Source: an uncultured Gammaproteobacteria bacterium | Lineage (GTDB): Bacteria; Patescibacteriota; Patescibacteriia; Magasanikbacterales; GWA2-37-8 | DNA length: 64,000 nucleotides | NCBI GenBank assembly: GCA_964634875.1 | Contig: CAZWKA010000002.1 | Location: 79,590 to 143,589 of the forward strand | Direction of reading: 5' to 3' | In this document: piece after piece, positions 1 to 10,000 of the stretch | Layout: every line of letters starts with the position of its first letter | Position numbering within the stretch: position 1 is the first letter of the stretch | The notes under the pieces: generated by a model | What the model saw: the letters and a program-made list of their open reading frames with translations, nothing else | What the model was told of the DNA's origin: nothing | The model's database searches: none | Program-made: the position numbers and the translations under genes

Positions 1-16
1 AATAAAAACTACTCGA

Positions 17-45
17 ATAGTATACCTTTAAAAACCGACTGTCAA
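17..45 (-). promoter_or_regulatory. Putative sigma70 promoter for a gene beyond the left edge
   Basis: Minus strand TTGACA(45-40)-N17-TACTAT(22-17). Confidence 0.45.
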
Positions 46-51
46 TTTTAA

Positions 52-1080
52 CTAATCTTTAACTGCAATAGTTTTTTGATCTTTAGAGCTTTCCTCGAGC
101 GCATACAACGTTCGCAGCACCTGCCTATCTTCATCAAACGAATATGGGTACGGTTGCTTGCCATCAATTGCATCCAAGAAATGCAACATTTCTTCCTGAT
201 ACATATCTTCGGTCGTAACGTAATTCTTTTCCTGCTCGCCCGGCTTCAAACTTATCGTTGTCCATTCTTTGGTACTAGCGCTATATATTTTAATAGTATA
301 ATTTTGCCATTCCCAATCCAAAACGCCATCCGTGCCCAGCAAACGAAGCGTACGGAATGGGGCGCGAGCAATGACATCAATCGATAACGTGCCAACGACA
401 CCGCTCTTAAACTCAACAACTGAAAGATAGCTATCATCAGCTGTCATGTCCAGATCGGAAAGCTTACCCGCAAACCCTGTAACCTTTTTAACGGTTGACC
501 CCAAGAGATCCGTTAACCAAATTAGTTCATAGCCATACATTTCACGGCATGCACCAGTTTCTTTTTGGGCAAAATATACTTGCCGATAATCCTCCCAAGG
601 GTGCCAGTCAGGCAGGTATTGGCCTAAATGATAGTGGAAGGAAAGTACTTTGCCGACTGATCCTGCGACTACTAATTCTTTTATTTTTTTAATCGCTGGG
701 AAATAGCGGAACGTACATGATGGCGCTGCCACGAACGAACTGTCGAGCAACGGCTTTAACTCATCGTACCCCGCATCGCTGGTGGTGACTTCCACAAAAA
801 AATGGCGTTTCTTTTTAGCGGCAGCTAAAAAATAGTCGTGATGCAGATTCGGTGGCGTGGAAATAATGACTACATCGGGGTCAGCTTCCTTTTCGGCCTC
901 ATCGTAGGAAGTAAAAGCACGTACCCCGTGTTTTTCGAGCACCTCCTGGCAACGCTCCGGTGAAAAATCAAAACCAATGATCTGTTCGGGCAAAACTCCG
1001 TGGAAGAGCAGGTTACGGATTCGACGCTTGCCCATGGAGCCAAGGCCGACTTGTAAAAAACGATGGTTAGCGTTTGGCAT
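52..1080 (-). CDS. Gfo/Idh/MocA family NAD(P)-dependent oxidoreductase
   Basis: GLGSMG Rossmann motif, ISTPPNLH, LPDWHPWEDYR segment typical of nonulosonate-cluster dehydrogenases; ATG at 1080 preferred over TTG at 1098. Confidence 0.85.
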   Translation of the reverse strand: MPNANHRFLQVGLGSMGKRRIRNLLFHGVLPEQIIGFDFSPERCQEVLEKHGVRAFTSYDEAEKEADPDVVIISTPPNLHHDYFLAAAKKKRHFFVEVTTSDAGYDELKPLLDSSFVAAPSCTFRYFPAIKKIKELVVAGSVGKVLSFHYHLGQYLPDWHPWEDYRQVYFAQKETGACREMYGYELIWLTDLLGSTVKKVTGFAGKLSDLDMTADDSYLSVVEFKSGVVGTLSIDVIARAPFRTLRLLGTDGVLDWEWQNYTIKIYSASTKEWTTISLKPGEQEKNYVTTEDMYQEEMLHFLDAIDGKQPYPYSFDEDRQVLRTLYALEESSKDQKTIAVKD

Positions 1081-2005
1081 ATTTTTTGAGCTGTTCAATT
1101 AAAACAATGTCGCGGAAACCTTCAGCAAAATTAGAAAAATATTTTTTACGCTCCAGGGCAGCCAAGAAAAAAGCTACTTCGTCGCGGTACATGTCATTGC
1201 GTTCCACGGCTACAGCCTGCACTGTTGTTTTCTGGCCGCGGGTAATCGTGAGGTCAGAATTTTCCGAATCCCAGAGGATGCTCCCCTTTTCGCCAGCAAT
1301 CTCGAGCGAACGGCGGCCCGGACGGCGCACATAATCTTGGTGGACGCTAACCATAACACCTTTTTTAGTAGCGAGCACACTCTCGGCAAAATCTTCAGTC
1401 TCAATCTTGAGTGGAGATATTTTTTTAACGACACAAGCTTTTGCCTCCAATACTTCACCAAGAAGCCAGGACGGATAATTCAAGTCGTGCACTAAATCAA
1501 GCATCACTCCCCCACCACCTTTCGTTTTGGCAGAATAAGTCGTCCGGTAATCACGCTTACGCCATTCGGATAAATCTTGCCCTACAGCGGCGCGGATATA
1601 ATACACTTGGCCAATTTCTTTTTTAGCGAGCAGTTCTTTAATCCTTACAAAGGGAGCAAAAAATTGGAAGTTGTAGCCAACCCACGAACTTATCTTATTT
1701 TTCTCTAGTACTTTTTGGAGTGTTCGAAGCCCGGCTGACGTATGAGAAAGCGGTTTTTCAATAAAGAGGGCCCGAGGTTTAAGCTTAATACACTCCTTAA
1801 TTGTTTGAGCATGTTTACTAGTTTCGTTGGTAATAAAGAGAGCATCGTATGGGCCTTGAGCCACGAACGTTTTCCAGTTCTTTATCAAAGGCACTTCCGG
1901 ACAATCAGTGCGATTTGAAAAAATAGCAATGTCCTCAGTGTGCTTCTTAATATTTTCGTAGTGGCGTGAACCGATCGAACCAAACCCAACGATACCAATT
2001 TTCAT
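1067..2005 (-). CDS. Gfo/Idh/MocA family oxidoreductase
   Basis: GFGSIG, EKPLS, GGGVMLDLVHD motifs. Confidence 0.88.
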   Translation of the reverse strand: MKIGIVGFGSIGSRHYENIKKHTEDIAIFSNRTDCPEVPLIKNWKTFVAQGPYDALFITNETSKHAQTIKECIKLKPRALFIEKPLSHTSAGLRTLQKVLEKNKISSWVGYNFQFFAPFVRIKELLAKKEIGQVYYIRAAVGQDLSEWRKRDYRTTYSAKTKGGGGVMLDLVHDLNYPSWLLGEVLEAKACVVKKISPLKIETEDFAESVLATKKGVMVSVHQDYVRRPGRRSLEIAGEKGSILWDSENSDLTITRGQKTTVQAVAVERNDMYRDEVAFFLAALERKKYFSNFAEGFRDIVLIEQLKKYAKR

Positions 2006-2008
2006 AAG

Positions 2009-2737
2009 CTAACGTTTAAACTTTTTAAGGCGGGCGGCAATTGCTTTTTTATTTTTGAACAAAACTTCGGCCATGACCCATTCTTCCGGAGTATCAAGAT
2101 CAACCGAACGCCACTTATCGCAGACGACCGCTTTAGTTTTTTTGGTAATAATCACTTTTTCTCTAAGGAGGCTAGCCGTTTTGACAATATACACAAAACA
2201 GCCGTTCAAAAGGTACCCAGCGGGCCAGGCTTGCATATTGGTAGACATTTTTTCACTCCCGTTAACGAGTTTAATATCATTGTCTGGACTAAGATGATAC
2301 AATCGTGGGTGTGTTGGACAGACAGTCAGCACCGTTGTCGCATCGGTCGCCTGGATCATTTTCCAACAGGCGGTAATATCCTGGAGCTCACGGAGTGGCG
2401 AAGTTGTTTGTAAAATAACAATGTACTCAGGGCTGTAATCCTCAATTTGTTTAAGCTTGCTAAGCAGATGCAAAAAACTATCAACCACCTTAGACGTATC
2501 CTGCGCCAATTCAGTAGGGCGCAAAAAAGGCACTTCTGCCCCAGCTCGCTTAGCAATTTTGGCAATACGTGCTGAATCGGTATCAACAATGATACGGGTA
2601 ATAAACGGAGTTTTTTTGGCCTGTTCAATAGCGTACGTAATCAGTGGTTTACCAAAAAATAGCTTGATATTTTTACCCGGAATCCGCTTAGACCCTTCCC
2701 GGGCCGGTATAATACAGAGTACCTCTGGCTGAGCCAT
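2009..2737 (-). CDS. neuA: Acylneuraminate (nonulosonate) cytidylyltransferase, NeuA/PseF/LegF family
   Basis: IIPAREGSKRIPGKN, VPFLRPTELA, LQTTSPLR, SVDLDTPEEW motifs. Confidence 0.88.
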   Translation of the reverse strand: MAQPEVLCIIPAREGSKRIPGKNIKLFFGKPLITYAIEQAKKTPFITRIIVDTDSARIAKIAKRAGAEVPFLRPTELAQDTSKVVDSFLHLLSKLKQIEDYSPEYIVILQTTSPLRELQDITACWKMIQATDATTVLTVCPTHPRLYHLSPDNDIKLVNGSEKMSTNMQAWPAGYLLNGCFVYIVKTASLLREKVIITKKTKAVVCDKWRSVDLDTPEEWVMAEVLFKNKKAIAARLKKFKR

Positions 2738-2742
2738 ATAAT

Positions 2743-3936
2743 TTAGTTAACACGATATTTTAACTTCCATTCATCTCCTACTTTTTCCCACAAGTGCGGC
2801 GAGCGGTAGGAATCAATGACTTCCCAAAAACGCTGTTCAGAAATATTGAGGTACTCCAAAAAATCTTTAAAATACTTTTGAGGGAATTCACCGTCGTACC
2901 GTTTGACCAAAGCAACACCTTCTTCACGGGTTAGGTGGCCAGAGCGGATTTCCATCATCGCATCGCGCGTGGCACGACCCAAACCAAATTTAATGAAGCC
3001 AAGATACCAATGGAAACCATCGGTCTTATCGTCCAGGCTAGCATATTTCGAATAGGTGCCTTCAGAGCGCCCCGTCGCGTTGGTTTCAAAGCCAGTATGT
3101 TTTGAAGCGTAATAAAAATTTTCTTGCGGCACCCATTTTTTGTAATACGACATCCAGTGCATTTGGATCCCCACTTTCTCGATTGCATCGAGGCTAGGGG
3201 GACGATAGAGCTCAAAAGTTTTTTCTTCTACTTCGCCTGGTTCAAAAATGCCACGCTCGAGCCCGGCCTCAACGAGCTTATCAACGCCCGCACCTTTAAA
3301 ATACAAACGCTCCCAGTCTTTGACTGATTCATAGGGCTTGTTGGCGTTTTCCATTGAACCGCCGTATTCAGCTTCACCATTTTCACCGTAGAAAATAAGT
3401 GGGATATTAAATTTAAGGGCGATATGGAAGGCATAGGCCTTTTGACCAAAGGTAAAAGGCTCCCAGGCATCTCCCTTAAGCTCAAAAGCGACCCGGGCAA
3501 GCTTGCGGTGAAGGACACCGTTTTGGAAACAGGTCATCCCGGTAAACCCGGATTGGATGAAATTGTTATAATTCTTAAAACCAATATCTGTATACAAAAA
3601 AGGCGCCCAGGTAACCACCAATGGATGCATCCCATACTTAGTTTTCAGGATGTGGGCGGTATACCCACTATCCTTACCACCGCTCCCGGGCACTACAACG
3701 TCGAAACTACCATCTTTAGATCGGTGCTTATCAAGGAGGGCGACCAATTCGGTTTCACGCTTTTCCCAATCGATGCCATTGTTTTTATACTCAGCATACT
3801 GGCAGGCGGCACAAACACCCACCTCATTGAATGTGATGCGCGGACGCTGGTTTGAAACCACACATTTGGTACAATAAAAAACTTTTTCGGATTGCTCTTT
3901 GAGCTGCTGATCAAGATTAGTAGCCGAAACACTCAT
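2743..3936 (-). CDS. N-acetyl sugar amidotransferase (WbuX/PseA/WbpG family)
   Basis: CxxC...CxxC N-terminus, SGGKDS PP-loop, KFGLGRATRDA; followed by hisH/hisF-like genes. Confidence 0.88.
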   Translation of the reverse strand: MSVSATNLDQQLKEQSEKVFYCTKCVVSNQRPRITFNEVGVCAACQYAEYKNNGIDWEKRETELVALLDKHRSKDGSFDVVVPGSGGKDSGYTAHILKTKYGMHPLVVTWAPFLYTDIGFKNYNNFIQSGFTGMTCFQNGVLHRKLARVAFELKGDAWEPFTFGQKAYAFHIALKFNIPLIFYGENGEAEYGGSMENANKPYESVKDWERLYFKGAGVDKLVEAGLERGIFEPGEVEEKTFELYRPPSLDAIEKVGIQMHWMSYYKKWVPQENFYYASKHTGFETNATGRSEGTYSKYASLDDKTDGFHWYLGFIKFGLGRATRDAMMEIRSGHLTREEGVALVKRYDGEFPQKYFKDFLEYLNISEQRFWEVIDSYRSPHLWEKVGDEWKLKYRVN

Positions 3937-3940
3937 ACAA

Positions 3941-4582
3941 TTAGAATTTAGAAACTAAGGTACTAAAATTTTTAATAATAGCCAGGCCATCGGTGGCACT
4001 TTTTTCCGGATGGAATTGCGCCCCATACATATTACCAAAACGCACGACTGCCGGGAATGTATAGCCCCCATAAGTTGTGGTTGCCAACACGTTTTTTTCT
4101 TCGGTCGGCTGCATGATATAGGAATGGACAAAATAAGCATACACGCCTGGCTCCAAACCTTCGAGCACTGTATCACTCCACGATACACCCGTCGGCTTAC
4201 TAACCATATTCCAGCCCATGTGGGGCACCTTTTCACTATTCTCAAGCAGCGGAAAGGCAACTACCTGACCAGAAATAAGACCCAGGCCAGGAAAAATTCC
4301 GAGCTCCCGACCTTCGCTAAACAAGAGCTGTGCACCGAGGCAAATACCAAGCACGGGCTTACCAGAAGCTCCAAAAGCCCTCACAACATCAACTAGGCCC
4401 CGGGTAGTAAGTCCGTGCATGCCAGCACCAAACGAACCAACGCCGGGCAACACCAAAGCATCGGCATTCGCAAGGACAGTGGGGTCATCAGAAATTACTG
4501 GAGCAACACCAACTTCCTCAAAAGCCCGTTTTAAGCTTTTAAGGTTGCCGACCCCATAGTCAATAATAACAATACTTTTCAC
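3941..4582 (-). CDS. hisH: HisH-like class I glutamine amidotransferase (WbuY-type)
   Basis: IDYGVGN, LPGVGSF, GICLGAQ, FVHSY, QFHPEKS. Confidence 0.85.
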   Translation of the reverse strand: MKSIVIIDYGVGNLKSLKRAFEEVGVAPVISDDPTVLANADALVLPGVGSFGAGMHGLTTRGLVDVVRAFGASGKPVLGICLGAQLLFSEGRELGIFPGLGLISGQVVAFPLLENSEKVPHMGWNMVSKPTGVSWSDTVLEGLEPGVYAYFVHSYIMQPTEEKNVLATTTYGGYTFPAVVRFGNMYGAQFHPEKSATDGLAIIKNFSTLVSKF

Positions 4583-5340
4583 AGGATTCGTACGTTAAGC
4601 CCTTGTTCTTTAAGATACTTTTTAACATCCCCAATGGTATAGTCAGTATAATGGAAAATAGATGAAGCGGCTACCGCATCAACTGCGGCCCTGGAAACAG
4701 CTTCTACCATGGACTCGGGACCGCTCGCGCCACCATGGAGCACGACCGGAACTTGAGCAAAACCAGTGATCTGGCGGGCAAGCTCAAGATCATACCCACG
4801 ACGCGTGCCGTCAAAATCTATTGAAGTCAGAAGAATTTCACCGACCCCTAAGGCCAGACCTTGCTTGATCCACTCTACAACATTCCGCCCGCTCAGCTCA
4901 CGGCCTCCATCGGTATAGGCCTCCCAACCACCGTCGGGCTGGCGCATGGCTTCGACTGATAAGACTATACACTGCGAACCAAACTCAGCGACTGCTTCAC
5001 GCAAAAATTCCGGATGATGGATGGCGTGTGTATTTATAGCCACTTTATCTGCCCCTGCACGCAGGACATTGTTGATATCCTGGATAGTTCGTATACCGCC
5101 GCCGACAGTAATAGGAATAAAAATACCTTCAGTAACAGACGACAACTGGTCAAAATCAATATTGCGCTGGTACAGGCTCGCCACAATATCCATGTATATG
5201 ATTTCATCCGCGCCTTCGTGGTAATAACGCTGCATGAGTGTTTTAGGGTCGCCAACAATACGCAAAGCTTCGGTTTGCACCGGCTTAACGACATGAGGAC
5301 CCTTGATATCAAGACGAGGGATGATGCGGATGTTTTTCAT
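4579..5340 (-). CDS. hisF: HisF-like cyclase subunit (WbuZ-type)
   Basis: [37 protein letters not shown]. Confidence 0.85.
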   Translation of the reverse strand: MKNIRIIPRLDIKGPHVVKPVQTEALRIVGDPKTLMQRYYHEGADEIIYMDIVASLYQRNIDFDQLSSVTEGIFIPITVGGGIRTIQDINNVLRAGADKVAINTHAIHHPEFLREAVAEFGSQCIVLSVEAMRQPDGGWEAYTDGGRELSGRNVVEWIKQGLALGVGEILLTSIDFDGTRRGYDLELARQITGFAQVPVVLHGGASGPESMVEAVSRAAVDAVAASSIFHYTDYTIGDVKKYLKEQGLNVRIL

Positions 5341-5401
5341 TGGCAAAAGATAGTTACCCGAGGGATTATACTAAGAAACTAAAAAAATTCAAGGTTTTGC
5401 T

Positions 5402-6253
5402 TTATAAAGACCAGGTCAAGAGAATAATACCGCCAATTAAAATACTGGCGATACAAACCTTAAAAACCACATTTATTTCTTTGAAGTAAAATCGTCCTGT
5501 CGCTATTGACCAGAGCACTGCTGAGGAGCGCCGAGCAGCAATGATGACAGAAGCTGGCGCAAACACATACGCAAAGCTATCAACTACTCCAGTCACCCCC
5601 GACAAGAATGCTTGAAAAATAACTATTGGTTGCCGGAGCGAGTGCCACGGTCGCTCTTTAGCGCGGAGCAAACTACCCACAGTGAAATAACCGACTATAC
5701 AGATATAAACGAGCAACTGCTCGGCGACCACTGAATTATAATGGGCGATATCGTATTTAAACAAACTAATCGTTACCGCAGCTAAGACCGTGCTAAGGAC
5801 CGTTAAACCAACTCCTGCGCGTGTTATGGTTTGCCTTGAAAAAACCAACACCAGCGCAACTATAATCACACCGATACCTGCCAGATGATAGGTTGTAAGC
5901 TGGTAACCCAACATCCAGTCAATACCAAGCACAAGTGGAATCGTGCCCACACGAATAAAACTAAAAGTACTACGGTCCGCAATGGTTATGGCCGCCCGTG
6001 AAGTATGTGCCAGCACCATTTCCAAAAATACCCGCAGCGTAAAAAAAGGCAAAGAAGCCGAAGAGAACAAGAACGTTTCATGTTTGATAAGAGCGATAGC
6101 TAGAAAAAATACTGCTGCCGCGGATGATTGGATCCAGCCGAACGTATAAATACTATAGGCTTTTTTACTCACCCGATCTTTTCCAATAGCAGCACTGAGT
6201 TCTTCTAAAAATGTGCTAATTGCGGTTAAGAGAACTCCCCACATAGGTACCAT
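5402..6253 (-). CDS. DMT/EamA-like 10-TM transporter
   Basis: 283 aa, about ten hydrophobic helices in two repeated halves. Confidence 0.6.
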   Translation of the reverse strand: MVPMWGVLLTAISTFLEELSAAIGKDRVSKKAYSIYTFGWIQSSAAAVFFLAIALIKHETFLFSSASLPFFTLRVFLEMVLAHTSRAAITIADRSTFSFIRVGTIPLVLGIDWMLGYQLTTYHLAGIGVIIVALVLVFSRQTITRAGVGLTVLSTVLAAVTISLFKYDIAHYNSVVAEQLLVYICIVGYFTVGSLLRAKERPWHSLRQPIVIFQAFLSGVTGVVDSFAYVFAPASVIIAARRSSAVLWSIATGRFYFKEINVVFKVCIASILIGGIILLTWSL

Positions 6254-6276
6254 GAGTAATTGGAAAAATCCTGACG

Positions 6277-7251
6277 CTAGGTATTCTTGGCCTGATATGC
6301 CGCTTCGAGTACCATTAATTTTTTGTAATTTTCCGGGCTGGCCAGGGTTTTTATCTCTGCAATTTTACTTTCCTTTGCTTTGGCCGACTCTGCATTAGGT
6401 AGTCGTTCACGTACCAAGATCTGGGCCATTTCAGCGGTGACCGGACGGTTTAAAAATTTCTGCAATTTTTTAACAAGCTGGTTAGGATTAGCTAGTATTT
6501 CTTCGTACCTAACCGAAAGCATTTTGGCTTTCTGGCTTGGTGATAATTTTTTGTAACTTGCGCGGCTACGCTCCATCAAGGTTGTAATCGACATAATCAC
6601 TCGGTCCATTTCACTGGCCTTGGCATAACGCTTGGTTTGGCCGGCTATATACCACGGGTACGGGCCGCTCGCGTCTTTAAAAGGAATGATAAATAATTTA
6701 GGGTCGTCCCCGAGGCGCTTAGCGAGCCCACGCTTATACCATGATGCAACGAGCTCTACCGGGCTACGTTCCAAACTAACGACTTTGATACCTGGAAATG
6801 TTTCTAAGTATACTTTAATATTTGGCATTAACTCATGCAAAATAAAAAAACTATACGCCTTACTTTTATAAAAACGTTTGAGCGCCTCGTCACCATCCGG
6901 CTCTTCACCGCGGTGCAAATATTTTTCAGGTTCCGGAACATTATAAATCGAAGATTTGTCACCCCGGCGATGGTTAAGGGTGCGGCCAATAGCCATTTCA
7001 TAACAATGTGTATCGATCTCACATCGTAAAAGCTCTTTCGCAACTTCTTTGGTTAAAAAACCACTTTCCAATAAAAAAGGGATGTGTTCTAAAAGGCCAT
7101 GATATTGAACAGGCTCAATCCCGGACAACCCATTTAAAATATTAGCTAACAAAAATTTTCCAGAGCGAGAAATTCCCTCAACGATAAGCAGGTCTTTTAC
7201 TAACGGAGTGCGTGATCCAAGTCTTAACGACACCTTTTTTTTTGCGGGCAT
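6277..7251 (-). CDS. PAPS-dependent sulfotransferase
   Basis: 5'PSB-like GISRSGK, 3'PB-like RSPVELVASWY, VRYEEILANP; adjacent to cysQ/cysC/sat. Confidence 0.75.
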   Translation of the reverse strand: MPAKKKVSLRLGSRTPLVKDLLIVEGISRSGKFLLANILNGLSGIEPVQYHGLLEHIPFLLESGFLTKEVAKELLRCEIDTHCYEMAIGRTLNHRRGDKSSIYNVPEPEKYLHRGEEPDGDEALKRFYKSKAYSFFILHELMPNIKVYLETFPGIKVVSLERSPVELVASWYKRGLAKRLGDDPKLFIIPFKDASGPYPWYIAGQTKRYAKASEMDRVIMSITTLMERSRASYKKLSPSQKAKMLSVRYEEILANPNQLVKKLQKFLNRPVTAEMAQILVRERLPNAESAKAKESKIAEIKTLASPENYKKLMVLEAAYQAKNT

Positions 7252-7256
7252 ACAAG

Positions 7257-8093
7257 TTAACTGCTTAAAGAATAAAAATGACGGATCGCTTCAATAAGCC
7301 GATTATGCAAAACACCATTAGTCACCACAATCCCCTCTGGATGTTTGACTACGGCCGTATTATACAACAAAGGTTGGCCGCGCGTATCGGTTATAGCACC
7401 ACCAGCTTCTGTAATCAAGCAATGTCCAGCGCTGGTATCCCACTGGCTAATATGACGCGTAAAAGAAAAATAAATATCAGCACTACCACGTGCTAATTCA
7501 GCTATTTTAAGTCCGCAGCTGCCGGTTTGTTTCTCACTTCCTAATCCCAATGTTCCTAAAAATTCTTTTTCTGCAGCGCTTAAGTGGTTCCGGCTTACCA
7601 ATGCCTCAGCTACATTAAAATCGTCGGTCTTACTTACCCCTATTTTACTTAGTTTATTATCTTGAACAAGAAAAGCGCCTCTTCCTTTTTCTGCTATAAA
7701 ATAACGTTCGCGGGCTGGCTGGTACACAATACCAATAGCGGGAATACCATTATCAACTAAACCAATAAGCACGGTAAATTCGTCATTATGGTCGATAAAA
7801 TCCTGCGTACCATCGATTGGGTCGACAATCCAGACCTTCTCAGCATTAAGACGATCTGCTGAGTCAGCCGTTTCTTCGGATAAAATTGGATAACCGGAAG
7901 TATTTAGAATTTCTGAAATTACCTGGTTACTTGCCACATCAGCTTCGGTTACCGGGCCTTCATTGTTTTCTTTTTCACGCACTGAAAAATCACGGGCGTA
8001 TATTTCCCGGATGCGGATGCCCGCAGCTTCCGCCGCAGTAAGAGCGAGCTGGCAATCCGGGCTGAATTGTCCTTTAAAAGCCTCAGAAATCAT
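7257..8093 (-). CDS. cysQ: 3'(2'),5'-bisphosphate nucleotidase
   Basis: PVTEAD, ILSEE, WIVDPIDGT, WDTSAG inositol-monophosphatase-family motifs. Confidence 0.9.
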   Translation of the reverse strand: MISEAFKGQFSPDCQLALTAAEAAGIRIREIYARDFSVREKENNEGPVTEADVASNQVISEILNTSGYPILSEETADSADRLNAEKVWIVDPIDGTQDFIDHNDEFTVLIGLVDNGIPAIGIVYQPARERYFIAEKGRGAFLVQDNKLSKIGVSKTDDFNVAEALVSRNHLSAAEKEFLGTLGLGSEKQTGSCGLKIAELARGSADIYFSFTRHISQWDTSAGHCLITEAGGAITDTRGQPLLYNTAVVKHPEGIVVTNGVLHNRLIEAIRHFYSLSS

Positions 8094-8617
8094 AGGCGAC
8101 CACTGGCTTCCAAAAAAGCCAGTAATTTTTTAATACTTTCGTCCGGGCTTTCGCCCGTAGTTTTAATTTCAATTTCAGGATTGAGCGGTGCTTCATAAGG
8201 ATTACTAACACTTACTCCAATAAGATTTGTCAGTTCGCCTGACGCGGCTTTCGCGTACAGCCCTTTAGTGTCACGGGCAACGCATTCTTCGAGAGGGCAG
8301 TTAACATACACTTCAACAAAATCAGGGCCTATTTTTTGGCGGGCGGCTTGCCGGTCTTCGCGGTAGGGAGAAATAATGGGTGTAATAATAAAATCATATT
8401 CTACCACATGCCCAACAGCGAGCTCGGCAATCAGGCGGTTATTCTCACGGATATCTTCACGGGTGAAACCCAGGTGTTTATGAAGCGTGTCACGCACGGT
8501 GTCACCGTCAAAAAGAATTACTTTTTTCCCTATGGCCATTAATTTTTCTTTTAGGCCATTTGCAATCGTTGACTTGCCAGAACCGCTTAACCCTGTAAAC
8601 CAAAGTACTGTTGCCAT
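8090..8617 (-). CDS. cysC: Adenylyl-sulfate kinase
   Basis: WFTGLSGSGKST, DGDTVR, LGFTREDIREN, RDTKGLY, PYEAP. Confidence 0.95.
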   Translation of the reverse strand: MATVLWFTGLSGSGKSTIANGLKEKLMAIGKKVILFDGDTVRDTLHKHLGFTREDIRENNRLIAELAVGHVVEYDFIITPIISPYREDRQAARQKIGPDFVEVYVNCPLEECVARDTKGLYAKAASGELTNLIGVSVSNPYEAPLNPEIEIKTTGESPDESIKKLLAFLEASGRL

Positions 8618-8621
8618 ATAT

Positions 8622-9953
8622 TTATTTATTAGTATCTTGGACAGCCACTTGGTTGGTTTCCTCAGGATTGGTAGACAATAATGGCCAACCTTTGCTTAGA
8701 ACAAATCGGAGCCATAAGCCAGCCGCCTGCGAAGTTACTATGGCTGTAATTACCAGGGTCGTATAAAAAGCAGCACTAATTATGCCTGCTTCATAGGCAA
8801 CGCTAGCGAGCACGATACCAGGACCCCCTCGGGCATTAGTGGTAATGGCTAAGTTTAGAATATCCAATTTTTTGAATCCAGCCAGTCGAGCCGCAAACCC
8901 AACCGAGACGAGGGCAATCAACGATGAACCCAATAAAAAAACAACCAATAATCCAAAAGAAAAATCGCGGTCAAATACTAAACGATACCCTACCAGGGCA
9001 AAGTAAATAGGGATAAAAATAGCGAAAGAAAACTTACTGATGGCGTCCAAGGCATCGGCATAATGCTCCCGCTGTCCTCCAATAATACCACCCGATATCC
9101 CAAATCCAGCTAAGAAAGCTGCAAATACCAAATTGACTTCTAGATAGGCCGCGAGGCCGACATACGCAAATAAAATAAAAAGCACATAGGCCGGCACGGA
9201 AGCTTTATAGAGAATGTTCCAGCGTACGCTACGCAAACTTCTCATCAACCTAGGCATGAGAACCAACGCTGACGCCATGTAGATCGCTGTAATAATGATG
9301 TGAGCTGTGGTGGATCCAACCACACTACCTTCGACAAAGTCATTCGCCTTAGTCAGCGCAGCAGCCACTGCCAGCACGCCCCAAAGAGCAATATCTTCTA
9401 AAACCGCAGAACCTAGTATGAGGCTGGCAAAACGAGTGTGTAATATATTCAAATCGTGGAAAATGCGGGAAATAACTGGAATAGAAGTTACCGCTACCGC
9501 ACTCGCGAGAATTAATAAGGCAGCATTCTTAACTCCAGCTGCACCCACCAACGGATCAAGAGGAATTACAGAGAATAAACCCAGTGCCAAAACGAGAAAA
9601 AAGGGTAAGGGTGTACCAATACCAAGCAACCAAGCGGTTTCACGGCGATTCTCTTTAGAAAGCAATCGACGGACCTGGCTCCCTGAAATAAACATGAGAA
9701 GGAGCACACCGAGCCAGTAAATAAATCCAAGGACTATTGAAGTTTTCTGCCCGAGGGCAGGGTTTTGAAAGAGAAAGCTAAACACAGTTGGGGCAAAACG
9801 GCCGAGCACAAAAGGACCCAAGAGAATACCGGCGAGTATTTCTCCTACCAGACGAGGTTGGTGTAACCGTTCAAAGATATAACCCAGAACGTGCACTGCA
9901 GCCACAAATATACCGAGCGTCAGGACAAATAAACCAACTTCTACTTCAGACAT
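8622..9953 (-). CDS. CPA2-family cation:proton antiporter (membrane domain only)
   Basis: QPRLVGEILAGILLGP, TSIPVISRI, AVLED, FIPIYF, NARG motifs. Confidence 0.85.
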   Translation of the reverse strand: MSEVEVGLFVLTLGIFVAAVHVLGYIFERLHQPRLVGEILAGILLGPFVLGRFAPTVFSFLFQNPALGQKTSIVLGFIYWLGVLLLMFISGSQVRRLLSKENRRETAWLLGIGTPLPFFLVLALGLFSVIPLDPLVGAAGVKNAALLILASAVAVTSIPVISRIFHDLNILHTRFASLILGSAVLEDIALWGVLAVAAALTKANDFVEGSVVGSTTAHIIITAIYMASALVLMPRLMRSLRSVRWNILYKASVPAYVLFILFAYVGLAAYLEVNLVFAAFLAGFGISGGIIGGQREHYADALDAISKFSFAIFIPIYFALVGYRLVFDRDFSFGLLVVFLLGSSLIALVSVGFAARLAGFKKLDILNLAITTNARGGPGIVLASVAYEAGIISAAFYTTLVITAIVTSQAAGLWLRFVLSKGWPLLSTNPEETNQVAVQDTNK

Positions 9954-10000
9954 AAGGACTATTTATTAAACGAGTAAGCATACTGCTTTTACAGGTAAAG

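Noticed and set aside
3941-5340. hisH/hisF as histidine biosynthesis
   Set aside because: No other his genes; adjacent to a WbuX-type sugar amidotransferase, which is the glycan-modification arrangement
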